Assembly: GCA_040767805.1 (NCBI GenBank)
Contig: JAXGNU010000006.1
Location: 32,001 to 96,000 of the forward strand
Direction: 5' to 3'
Source: Thermovirgaceae bacterium
Lineage (GTDB): Bacteria > Synergistota > Synergistia > Synergistales > Thermovirgaceae
DNA length: 64,000 bases
How positions within the stretch are numbered: position 1 is the first letter of the stretch; every line of letters starts with the position of its first letter. Of this stretch, positions 9,488 through 18,315 are shown in pieces. A program made the position numbers and the translations under genes. The notes beneath the pieces were generated by a model, which did not search any database, had not been told where the DNA came from, and saw nothing but the letters and a program-made list of their open reading frames with translations.

Positions 9488-10510
9488 GTGAAGATACTCA
9501 TCCTCGGCGCCAACGGCTTTATCGGCTCCCACCTCTGTGAGCGGCTGCTCGACCACACGGACTGGGAGATCACCGCCTTCGACATCAACGACTTCAACCT
9601 CGGCAAGTGCCTGGGGAAGGACCGCTTTTCCTTCCGCAAGGGCGATTTCTACACCGACGACGAGTGGATCGAGGGGGCCCTCGGGGAGAGCGACGCCGTG
9701 CTTCCCCTGGTGGGGGTGGCCAAGCCAGCTTTCTACATCACCAACCCGGTGATGACCTTCCACCTCGACTTCGAGGCCAACCTGAAGATCGTCCGGATGT
9801 GCGTGAGGCGCGACAAGCGGGTGATCTTCCCCTCGACCTCCGAGGTCTACGGCATGAGCACCGACACGGAACTGAAAGAGGACGAGAGCCCCATCATCCT
9901 GGGGCCGGTGAGCAAGTCGCGGTGGATCTACAGCTGCAGCAAGCAGATGATGGACAGGGTGATCGCCGCCTACGGCCAGGAGGAGGGCCTGCGCTATACC
10001 CTCTTCAGGCCCTTCAACTGGATAGGGCCGCGGCTGGACACCTTCAGGGACGCCGAGGGCAGGAAGGCCCGGTCGATAACCCAGATCCTTTATGACGTGA
10101 CCCACGGGAGGGACGTCTCCCTCGTGGGCGGCGGGCGCCAGAGGAGGAGTTTCACCTGGGTGGGCGACGGCGTCGAAGCCCTCGAGGCCGTCATCAGGAA
10201 CGAAGGGGGCCGCGCCGACGGCGAGATCTTCAACATCGGCAACCCCAAGAACAACGCCTCCATCAGGGAACTGGCCCTCCTCGTCATCGAGGCCCTGAAG
10301 CCCCACCCGAAGTACGGGCCGCTGGCGGAAAGGGCGAGGCTCGTCGAGATTGACTCCAGGGACTACTACGGCAAGGGCTACGAGGACGTGCTCAACCGGG
10401 TGCCGTCGGTGGAAAAGGCCAACCTGCTCCTGGGCTGGAAACCCCGGACCACCCTCGAGGAGGCCGTGAGGATGACCGTCGAGGAGACCCTCGCCGAGCA
10501 GGGGCTTTAA
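9488..10510 (+). CDS. Stand-alone UDP-glucuronate oxidase/decarboxylase (ArnA C-terminal domain)
   Basis: GANGFIG, LDFEANL, FPSTSEVYG, RWIYSCSKQ, FRPFNWIGPRLD, YYGKGYED; GTG start after GGGAGG (the ORF-track extension is translated repeat). Confidence 0.88.
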   Translation: MKILILGANGFIGSHLCERLLDHTDWEITAFDINDFNLGKCLGKDRFSFRKGDFYTDDEWIEGALGESDAVLPLVGVAKPAFYITNPVMTFHLDFEANLKIVRMCVRRDKRVIFPSTSEVYGMSTDTELKEDESPIILGPVSKSRWIYSCSKQMMDRVIAAYGQEEGLRYTLFRPFNWIGPRLDTFRDAEGRKARSITQILYDVTHGRDVSLVGGGRQRRSFTWVGDGVEALEAVIRNEGGRADGEIFNIGNPKNNASIRELALLVIEALKPHPKYGPLAERARLVEIDSRDYYGKGYEDVLNRVPSVEKANLLLGWKPRTTLEEAVRMTVEETLAEQGL

Positions 10511-10548
10511 AAAACAGGGTATTAACCTTTTCACCGGGAGGTGCGGCC

Positions 10549-11931
10549 ATGAATGTGCCGTCTCACATCTTCAGGGAGTACGACATAAGGGGCAACGCCG
10601 ACGAGGAATTGACCAGCGAGATCGTGAAGGCCATCGGCCTAGCCTACGGAACCTTCCTCAACCGGGAGGGGGTGAGGAAGATCACCGTGGGCGGCGACGT
10701 CCGCCTCTCAACGGAGAGGATCAGGGGTGACATCATCCAGGGGGTGACCTCCGCCGGCGTGGACGTGATCGACATAGGCATGGTCACATCGCCGCTGCTC
10801 TACTGGAGCCTCTTCCACCTTGACCTGGACGGGGCCGTCATGATCACCGGGAGCCATAACCCGAAGGAGTTCAACGGGCTCAAGCTGGCCTTCGGCAAGA
10901 CCACCCTCTACGGCGACCAGATCCAGGAGATCCGGAGGATGATCGCCGCCGACGACCTGGTCACGGCGGGGCAAAGGGGCTTTGTCACGAAGATGGACCT
11001 TTCCGGTGAGTACCTGGCGATGCTGGAGTCCAAGATCAGCCTCGGGGGAAGGAAGCTCAAGGTGGTCACCGATTCGGGTAACGCCACGGCGGGCCCCCTG
11101 GTCAACCGCTTCCTCAGGGAGATCGGGTGCGAGGTGACCCCCCTCTTCGAGGAACCCGACGGGACCTTCCCGAACCACCACCCCGACCCGACGAAGCGGG
11201 AGTACCTGCAGGACCTCATCGAGACCGTCCGGAGGGAGAAGGCCGACGTGGGCCTGGGCTTCGACGGCGATGCCGACCGCATAGGCGTCATCGATGACCG
11301 GGGAGAGATCGTCTGGGGCGACATCCTGATGATCCTCTTCTGGCGGGAGATCCTGCCCCGGCACCCGGGGGCGGAGGCCATCGTCGAGGTCAAGAGCTCC
11401 CAGGCGCTGGTGGACGAGATAAAGCGCCTGGGGGGGAAGGTGGTCTGGTGGAAGTCGGGGCACTCCCTGATAAAGGCAAAGATGAAGGAGATCGACGCCC
11501 TCTTCTCCGGCGAGGTGTCGGGGCACATGTTCTTCGCCGACGAGTTCTGGGGCTTCGACGACGCCTTCTACGCCGCGGGGAGGCTTTTAAGGATACTCTC
11601 CGCCACGGGCCGGAAGCTGTCGGAACTGCTCGAGGACGTGCCGGTCTACCACAGCACGGCGGAGACCCGCGTGGCCTGCCCCGACGAACGGAAGTTCGAC
11701 GTGATCGACCATATCCGGGACAACGCCCTCAAGGACCACGAGGCCATCACCGTGGACGGCGTGAGGATCCTCTACCCCAGGGGTTGGGGGCTCGTCCGGG
11801 CGTCGAACACCCAGCCCGTCATCGTCGCCCGGGCGGAGGGCAAATCGGAAGGGGACCTGGCGGAGTACTCGGCGGACCTGAAGAGAAGGATCCTGGAGGC
11901 CGGCGTGGAGGACTTCGACTGGGAATACTGA
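10549..11931 (+). CDS. Phosphomannomutase/phosphoglucomutase
   Basis: IFREYDIRG, TGSHNP, DGDADR, GEVSGH, RASNTQP. Confidence 0.93.
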   Translation: MNVPSHIFREYDIRGNADEELTSEIVKAIGLAYGTFLNREGVRKITVGGDVRLSTERIRGDIIQGVTSAGVDVIDIGMVTSPLLYWSLFHLDLDGAVMITGSHNPKEFNGLKLAFGKTTLYGDQIQEIRRMIAADDLVTAGQRGFVTKMDLSGEYLAMLESKISLGGRKLKVVTDSGNATAGPLVNRFLREIGCEVTPLFEEPDGTFPNHHPDPTKREYLQDLIETVRREKADVGLGFDGDADRIGVIDDRGEIVWGDILMILFWREILPRHPGAEAIVEVKSSQALVDEIKRLGGKVVWWKSGHSLIKAKMKEIDALFSGEVSGHMFFADEFWGFDDAFYAAGRLLRILSATGRKLSELLEDVPVYHSTAETRVACPDERKFDVIDHIRDNALKDHEAITVDGVRILYPRGWGLVRASNTQPVIVARAEGKSEGDLAEYSADLKRRILEAGVEDFDWEY

Positions 11932-11939
11932 CCCGTAGG

Positions 11940-12941
11940 TCAGGACCTCATGGACTCCAGCGTCCGGGTGAGGCCCTCCTCCAGGGTGTAGCGGGGTTCG
12001 AAACCCAGGATGGCCCCGGCCAGGGCGATGTCGGCCTGGGAGTGCCTTATGTCCCCCTCCCTCTCCGGCTCGTACCGGGGCTCCACGCCGTCACCCGCCT
12101 TCCCCGACGCCGCGCGGAGCGCCGAGAGGAGTTCGACCAGCGACACGGCCCGCCCCGTCCCGATGTTGAAGAGGGAGGCTCCGCCCTTGGGATCCTCCCG
12201 CAGGGCGGCGAGGATGTTGGCCTGCACCACGTCATCGACGTAGATGAAGTCCCTCGTGGTTTTCCCGTCGCCGTAGACCACCGGCGTTTTTCCCTCCAGT
12301 ATGCACCGGGTCCAGGTGGTTATGACCCCCGAGTAGGGGCTCCCCGGGTCCTGCCTCGGCCCGAAGACGTTCATGTACCGGAGGCCGGTGGTTCTCATGC
12401 CGCCGGAAAGCACCGAGGCGTAGAGTTCGTTCGCCCGCTTGGCGACGGCGTAGGGTGAGAAGGGGCTTAGAGGGGCGTCCTCCCCTATGGGCCCCTCGGG
12501 CTGGCGCCCGTAGACCGCCGCGGAGGAGGCGAAGACGAAGGAGCGCACCCCCGCGTCCTGGGCCGCCGTGAGCATGTTGAGGAAACCCGTGATGTTGCAG
12601 GAGTTGTTCATGTGGGGTTCCTGGAAGGACCGGGGCACCGACACGAGGGCCGCGTGGTGGAGGACGACGTCGGCACCGCGGCAGGCCTCCCTACACTGCT
12701 CCATGTCCCTTATGTCGCCCTTGATGAGGCGGAAGGAGGGGTCATGACCGGAAGAATGCCGGCAGGCCTCCTCGAGGTTCGACTCCCTCCCGGTGAGGAA
12801 GTTGTCGAGGACGACGACGCGCTGCCCCAGGGCTAGGAGGGCATCGGCGAGGTGGGAGCCGATGAAACCGGCGCCGCCGGTCACGACCCACCTCAACGGC
12901 GTAGAGGGAAGACTCTCGCGAAGCTCTTCGTACCTGGACAT
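11940..12941 (-). CDS. NAD-dependent sugar epimerase (UDP-GlcNAc 4-epimerase, WbpP-like)
   Basis: TGGAGFIGS, SSAAVYG, YAVAK, NVFGPRQDP, GDGKTTRDF. Confidence 0.85.
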   Translation of the reverse strand: MSRYEELRESLPSTPLRWVVTGGAGFIGSHLADALLALGQRVVVLDNFLTGRESNLEEACRHSSGHDPSFRLIKGDIRDMEQCREACRGADVVLHHAALVSVPRSFQEPHMNNSCNITGFLNMLTAAQDAGVRSFVFASSAAVYGRQPEGPIGEDAPLSPFSPYAVAKRANELYASVLSGGMRTTGLRYMNVFGPRQDPGSPYSGVITTWTRCILEGKTPVVYGDGKTTRDFIYVDDVVQANILAALREDPKGGASLFNIGTGRAVSLVELLSALRAASGKAGDGVEPRYEPEREGDIRHSQADIALAGAILGFEPRYTLEEGLTRTLESMRS

Positions 12942-12978
12942 GGCTCACCTCCACCGATAGGCCCTGCCTGGTGGAATT

Positions 12979-14121
12979 CTATTCGAAAGTGATATTTAAT
13001 ACAACTACCTCGGGTCGGCTCGAGGTCCTTATCGGCGGCCCCCAGGCGCCGACGCCGCAGGAAACGTAAAAGAGGGTGCCGCCCCTTTCGTGGAAGCCCC
13101 AGTCCTGCTCGAACAACCTCGATGTGACGAGGTTGAAGGGCCAGAGCTGCCCCCGGTGGGTATGGCCGGAGACCTGGAGGGCCACGCCGGCTTCCTCCGC
13201 CTCGCCGAGGTCGTTGGGGGTGTGGTCCATCACGATCACCGGGAGGTCCCCGCCGACGCCCTCGATGGATCCAAGGGGCCTCCGGGCCGACCCGAGCAGG
13301 GAGGAGGCGCGGTCATCGCGGCCCACCAGGGTAAAGGCCCCATCGACCACAACCGATCGGTCCCTCAGGACGGTCACGCCGCCCTCGGTGAAGGAGCGGG
13401 CCGCCTCTTCGGCCCCGGAGTAGAATTCGTGGTTGCCGAGGACGGCGAAAACACCCAGGGGCGCCGACAATTTTTCCAGTTGCCCCGAAAGGTCCTCCTC
13501 CTGGGCACGGGTGACATCGGAGTCGACGATGTCCCCCACTAGGAGCACCACGTCGGGGCTGGTCGAGTTGACGATCCCGATCATGTCAGCCAGCCAGTGG
13601 TTCCTCACCAGGAGGCCCACGTGGAGGTCCGAAGCCACGGCCACCCGCAGGGGGGCCTCCCTGGGTGTCCCCCTTAGGGCCAGGTCATACTCCCTCACCA
13701 CGGGGTTTCGGGCGTTCCACCGCCCCGCCGTGACGACGGCCGCCGACAGGAGGAGGACCCCCCAGAAAGCGGCCAGGGCCGCCCGGCCCCCGGTGAGGGA
13801 GCGCGGTATGACCCTGACCCAGTGGTCGGCCAGCCGGAGGGCATCGACAAGGACCAGGAGAAGGAGGACGTAGACCATGAAGCCCAGGTACCATGATCCC
13901 AGGATGGTGAGCTGGTCCGTCAGGGCGCAGCGGCAGAAGGCGCCGCCGATCCTCCCCGCCGGGAAGGCCGCCGCGAGGACCCAGAAAACGATGACGACGG
14001 GCGCCTTGAAGGCCCCGAGGTAGGGGACGACCCTGGCGAGGTGAAACCATATGAAGAGGTTGGCCGCCCCGTAGACGCCCAGGGCGATGCCGAAAAAGGA
14101 AAGGAACGGGGAAAACCGCAT
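12979..14121 (-). CDS. Membrane-anchored calcineurin-like metallophosphoesterase
   Basis: N-terminal TM helices; DLH, GDIVD, GNHE, GHTHRGQ. Confidence 0.88.
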   Translation of the reverse strand: MRFSPFLSFFGIALGVYGAANLFIWFHLARVVPYLGAFKAPVVIVFWVLAAAFPAGRIGGAFCRCALTDQLTILGSWYLGFMVYVLLLLVLVDALRLADHWVRVIPRSLTGGRAALAAFWGVLLLSAAVVTAGRWNARNPVVREYDLALRGTPREAPLRVAVASDLHVGLLVRNHWLADMIGIVNSTSPDVVLLVGDIVDSDVTRAQEEDLSGQLEKLSAPLGVFAVLGNHEFYSGAEEAARSFTEGGVTVLRDRSVVVDGAFTLVGRDDRASSLLGSARRPLGSIEGVGGDLPVIVMDHTPNDLGEAEEAGVALQVSGHTHRGQLWPFNLVTSRLFEQDWGFHERGGTLFYVSCGVGAWGPPIRTSSRPEVVVLNITFE

Positions 14122-14326
14122 GGAACCTCCTTCAGGTGAACCCTCAGTTACCGATCATAAGCCGTAGGGGGCGGTTCGTAAACCGCCCCGCGGGGGCCCT
14201 TCGAGGTTTACGGCAGGGGGATTACCATCTAGGATTCAAGGGAGGGAGCGGCCCCGGGGGCCGGCCGTGTCACCATGGAAGCGGAGAACGCCCGGGGTCG
14301 GACCCCGGGCGAAAGGGGGAGTTACG

Positions 14327-15220
14327 GTGGAGGGAAAGACCCTCGCGATAAAGGTCGACGTGGACACCCTCAAGGGCTACCTGGAGGGCGTCCCGAGGCT
14401 CCTGGACATTCTCGGGAGGCGGGATCTCCGGGTTTCCTTCTTTTTCTCCTTCGGGCCCGATAACTCCGGCAGGGCCGTCCGCCGCGTTTTCCGCAAGGGT
14501 TTCATCGGCAAGATGCTCCGCACCGACGCGCCCGGCACCTACGGCCTGAAGACCATGCTCTACGGCACGCTGCTGCCGGCGCCGCTGATCGTACCGCGGG
14601 ACCCGGGGATCTTCCGCCGCGTCCTGTCGGAGGGGCACGAGGGGGGTATCCACGCCTGGGACCACGTGACGTGGCAGGACAAGCTCGACCGTATGTCCGA
14701 GGCCAGGATGAGGGAGCACTTCGGCAGGGCCTTCGCGATGTTCCGGGATCTTTCCGGGAGGGAGCCCCGCTGCTCCGCCGCCCCTGCCTGGAAGGCGACG
14801 GCTTCAAGCCTGGCCATGCAGGACGAGTACGACTTCGACTACTGCAGCGACACCCGGGGCGTTTCCCCCTTCATCCCCCGGGTGGGGGGACGGGTCTTCA
14901 TGACCCCCCAGGTCCCCACGACGCTGCCCACGATGGACGAACTCCTTGGGACGACCGGCATCGGCGAGGGCAACCTGAACTCCCACCTGCTCGGCCTCAT
15001 GGGGTCGGGGCTGAATGTCCACACGATCCACGCCGAAATGGAAGGGGGGTCGAGGTCGGGCCTTTTCGAGGAACTGCTCGACCGGTGCCTCGAACTCGGG
15101 GTCGATATCACCACCGTCGGGGAGGCCTTGGGGCGCCTCGAAAAGGGAGCGCTCCCGGTGACGGACGTGGCCCAAAAGACCATACCGGGAAGGGCGGGCA
15201 AGGTGGCCGTCCAGGCGTGA
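14327..15220 (+). CDS. arnD: Polysaccharide deacetylase family, Ara4FN-undecaprenyl deformylase
   Basis: KVDVDT..G..EGVPRL, GPDNSGR, YGTLLPAP, HAWDH..WQ, PTTLPTMDE, TIHAEMEG; GTG start inferred from RBS. Confidence 0.82.
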   Translation: MEGKTLAIKVDVDTLKGYLEGVPRLLDILGRRDLRVSFFFSFGPDNSGRAVRRVFRKGFIGKMLRTDAPGTYGLKTMLYGTLLPAPLIVPRDPGIFRRVLSEGHEGGIHAWDHVTWQDKLDRMSEARMREHFGRAFAMFRDLSGREPRCSAAPAWKATASSLAMQDEYDFDYCSDTRGVSPFIPRVGGRVFMTPQVPTTLPTMDELLGTTGIGEGNLNSHLLGLMGSGLNVHTIHAEMEGGSRSGLFEELLDRCLELGVDITTVGEALGRLEKGALPVTDVAQKTIPGRAGKVAVQA

Positions 15221-15263
15221 CCGCGCCGAGGCCGGGGACGGCCCCTCCTGATCCCGACGCCGA

Positions 15264-16409
15264 TCAGATGCAGGCCGGTTCCGGGTAAAGGCAGCCCTCC
15301 TCGAACCGGCTGAAACGGAAGCAGCTGACGTCCAGGAAGGGTTCCTCGCCCAGGACTATCTCGGACATGATCCTCCCCGAGGAGGGCGCGAACTGGAGGC
15401 CGTGGCCGCTCCACCCGCCGACGAAGAAAAAGTTCTCCACCGGGGTTCCGCCCATGATGGCCTGCTCGTCGGGGGTCACGGCGTAGGGGCCCGTCCACTG
15501 GCGGACGACGCGGACGCCGGCCAGGCAGGGCATCTTGGGGAGCACCCTTTTCGAAATCTCCTCGGGGAACTGCCAGGAGGACTCGTAACTGGTATCTTTT
15601 TTCTCTTCGGGGTTGTCCCAGCCGAGCATGAAGGTGCCGTTGGGGCACTGCTTCCAGTAGCACCCGTCGTCGAGGCAGAGAGTCATGGGGTGCTTCATCC
15701 TCTCCACCGGCTCGGTGACGAGGATCTGGTGACGCTCCGGCGTCACGGGCACGTCCAGGCCGCACCACCCGCAGACTTCCCTGGACCAGGCGTTGACGGC
15801 GCAGACGACGGCCTCCGTCTCCCAGTCCCCCTTGTCGGTCCTGACGCCCCAGACCTTCCCGTCGCCGGTGAGAAGGCCCGTGACGGACGTCCCGGTCCTG
15901 ATATCCACCCCGAGGCCCTTGGCGGCGTCGGCGTAAGCGTAGTTCATGGCGTGGGGGTTGACGTGGCCGTCCTTCTCGTTGAAGCTGGCGCCGAGCATGC
16001 CCCTCACGTCCAGCCCTGGCGCCACTTCCTTTATCCCGTCGGGGTCGAGGATGACTGAACCGATGCCGAGGGAGTTCTGGAGCGCCACGTTTTTTTCCAG
16101 CTGTTCCAGCTGGGTCTCGCTGTAGGCTATCCAGAGGTAGCCGGCGGGGTCGTATTCCAGGTCGGCCTTGGAGCCCAGTTCCTCCTGGAGTTGGGGGATC
16201 TTCTCCATGTTGTACCGGGCCAGCCTGCAGTTGACCTCGGTGCCGAACTGGTACCGGAGGCCCGCGGCGCTGCGGCCGCTCGACCCGGAGGAGATATAAT
16301 CCCTCTCGAAGAGGACAACCTTCACCCCTCTTTTCGCCAGGTGCCAGGCTATGGAACAGCCGTGAACCCCGCCACCGATTATCGCCACGTCCGCCGTTGA
16401 ACGACCCAC
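15264..16409 (-). CDS. FAD-dependent oxidoreductase, DadA/sarcosine oxidase beta family
   Basis: IIGGGVHG, GSSGRSAAG, RQWTGPY..TPD, GWSGHG. Confidence 0.85.
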   Translation of the reverse strand: MGRSTADVAIIGGGVHGCSIAWHLAKRGVKVVLFERDYISSGSSGRSAAGLRYQFGTEVNCRLARYNMEKIPQLQEELGSKADLEYDPAGYLWIAYSETQLEQLEKNVALQNSLGIGSVILDPDGIKEVAPGLDVRGMLGASFNEKDGHVNPHAMNYAYADAAKGLGVDIRTGTSVTGLLTGDGKVWGVRTDKGDWETEAVVCAVNAWSREVCGWCGLDVPVTPERHQILVTEPVERMKHPMTLCLDDGCYWKQCPNGTFMLGWDNPEEKKDTSYESSWQFPEEISKRVLPKMPCLAGVRVVRQWTGPYAVTPDEQAIMGGTPVENFFFVGGWSGHGLQFAPSSGRIMSEIVLGEEPFLDVSCFRFSRFEEGCLYPEPACI

Positions 16410-16609
16410 TTTGCCCGACCCCTTTCAGGAAAGACTGAAGACCGGCCGTTGCCCCGCCACCGGTCCCCGGATATAATGCTCTGGACCTTTTAATAGATTC
16501 TATTTTCTACCCGTCCTCCAGTCAAATGCCGCCACCCGCCTTTGCTGGTACAATACCGCCTATAACCGGGACCGGCATTTCCCAGGACGACCGAAAGGAG
16601 ATGGATCAC

Positions 16610-17614
16610 ATGGAACTGACCCGTGCCACTGCAGTAGTCGACACCCATACCGGGGGCGAACCCACGAGGATAATCATCGGCGGAGGGCCCTACATCCCCG
16701 GCAAGACCATGAGCGAAAGATGGGCCTACATGAAGAACGAGATGGGGGATTTCCGCGACTTCGTCATGCATGAGCCCCGGGGTCACAGCGACATGTTCGG
16801 CGCCTTCCTGACCTCCCCCGAGAGGGATGACTCCCACTACGGCGTCATCTTCATGGATTCCGGCGATGGCGTCACCATGTGCGGGCATGGCTCCATCGGC
16901 ACGGCCCACGCCTTGGTAGAATTGGGCATGGTGCCGAGGACGGAGCCCTACACCGAGGTAGTCCTCGACTCCCCGGCGGGGCAGATCCGGCTCAAGGTGG
17001 AGGTCAAGGACGGGAAGGTGGGCGATATCACCCTGGCCAACGTCCCGGCCTTCGTCTTCAAGCGGGACGTGGAACTGGCCATCCCCTCCCTGGGCGGTAA
17101 GAAGATCCACATGGACGTCTCCTTCGGAGGCAACTTCTTCGCCATCGTCCACGCCGAGGAGATGGGCCTCACCTTGGAGAGAAACGAGGTGCCCCGGCTG
17201 CTTTCGCTGGGGCTGGAGATACTCCGCGAGGCCAACCGCGCCGTGAAGGTGCAGCACCCCACCGAGAAGCACCTGGACTTCATCGGCCTGACCGAGTTCG
17301 CCCTGGAACGGCCCGGCAGGCCCACGAAGAACTGCGTCGTCTTCGGGGAGAGCAACGTGGACCGATCCCCCTGCGGGACGGGGACCTGCGCCAAGATGGC
17401 GCTGCTGGCCGCGAAGGGCCTCCTGAAACCGGGCGAGGTCTTCGATCACGAGAGCGTCGCCGGGAGCGTCTTCCAGGGCCATTACGAGCCGGGCCCCAAG
17501 GTCGGCGATTTCGATACGATCCTCCCCTTCATCAGGGGACGGGCGAGCATCACCGGTTTCAACTTCCTGCTGCAGCAGAAGAACGACGAGATGGGCTCGG
17601 GTTTCCTGCTGTAA
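16610..17614 (+). CDS. Proline racemase/hydroxyproline epimerase family
   Basis: DTHTGGEPTR, EPRGH, catalytic MCGH and DRSPCGTG motifs; start chosen from AAGGAG RBS. Confidence 0.9.
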   Translation: MELTRATAVVDTHTGGEPTRIIIGGGPYIPGKTMSERWAYMKNEMGDFRDFVMHEPRGHSDMFGAFLTSPERDDSHYGVIFMDSGDGVTMCGHGSIGTAHALVELGMVPRTEPYTEVVLDSPAGQIRLKVEVKDGKVGDITLANVPAFVFKRDVELAIPSLGGKKIHMDVSFGGNFFAIVHAEEMGLTLERNEVPRLLSLGLEILREANRAVKVQHPTEKHLDFIGLTEFALERPGRPTKNCVVFGESNVDRSPCGTGTCAKMALLAAKGLLKPGEVFDHESVAGSVFQGHYEPGPKVGDFDTILPFIRGRASITGFNFLLQQKNDEMGSGFLL

Positions 17615-17675
17615 GGGGCGCGCCGCTCGGGTCGTCCCGGGGGGGTAATAAATTAAGGAAAGGCCGGGAGAGGAA

Positions 17676-18281
17676 ATGCTGGAGGAGATAAACTTCATCG
17701 CCCTGATCCCCTACGTGTTCGTCACCACCTTCACGCCGGGGCCGAACAACATCAGCTGCGCCGCCGCCGCGGCCCGGTGGGGCATGAGGCGGACCTGGGG
17801 TTACCTCCTGGGCATAAGCCTGGGTTTTTTCGTCGTCCTCCTGCTCTCGGGGGCTTTCTCGGGAGCGCTCATAAGCGCTCTCCCCGCGCTCGAGGGGTAC
17901 CTGAGGTGGGTCGGCGCCGCCTACATCCTCTGGCTGGCCTACGGCATCACCCGGAGCGAGGGCCAAGGGGGCATGGGGGGCGAGGAGCCCCTGAGGGGCT
18001 TCACCAAGGGGTTCGTGCTCCAATTCGCCAACCCCAAGGCCATCCTCTTCTCCGTCACCCTCTACACCGCCTTCCTGGGGCCCATCCTCGCCCGGCCGGC
18101 CCCGGTTTTCCTGTCGGCCGCCCTGGTCGCCGCCATAGGGTTCACCTCCATCATGGCCTGGGCCGTCTTCGGCCTCAGCATCCACCGTTTCCTGCAGAAC
18201 CCCCTCCACCACAGGATCGTCAACCTGGGTTTTTCCCTCTTGCTGGTGTGGACCGCCGCGGGGGTGGCCGGAATACTGTAA
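17676..18281 (+). CDS. LysE-family amino acid exporter
   Basis: TPGPNN and QFANPK motifs, about six TM helices. Confidence 0.85.
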   Translation: MLEEINFIALIPYVFVTTFTPGPNNISCAAAAARWGMRRTWGYLLGISLGFFVVLLLSGAFSGALISALPALEGYLRWVGAAYILWLAYGITRSEGQGGMGGEEPLRGFTKGFVLQFANPKAILFSVTLYTAFLGPILARPAPVFLSAALVAAIGFTSIMAWAVFGLSIHRFLQNPLHHRIVNLGFSLLLVWTAAGVAGIL

Positions 18282-18315
18282 CCGTTTATACTTCTGCTTG
18301 AGGAGGTGGAAGCCA

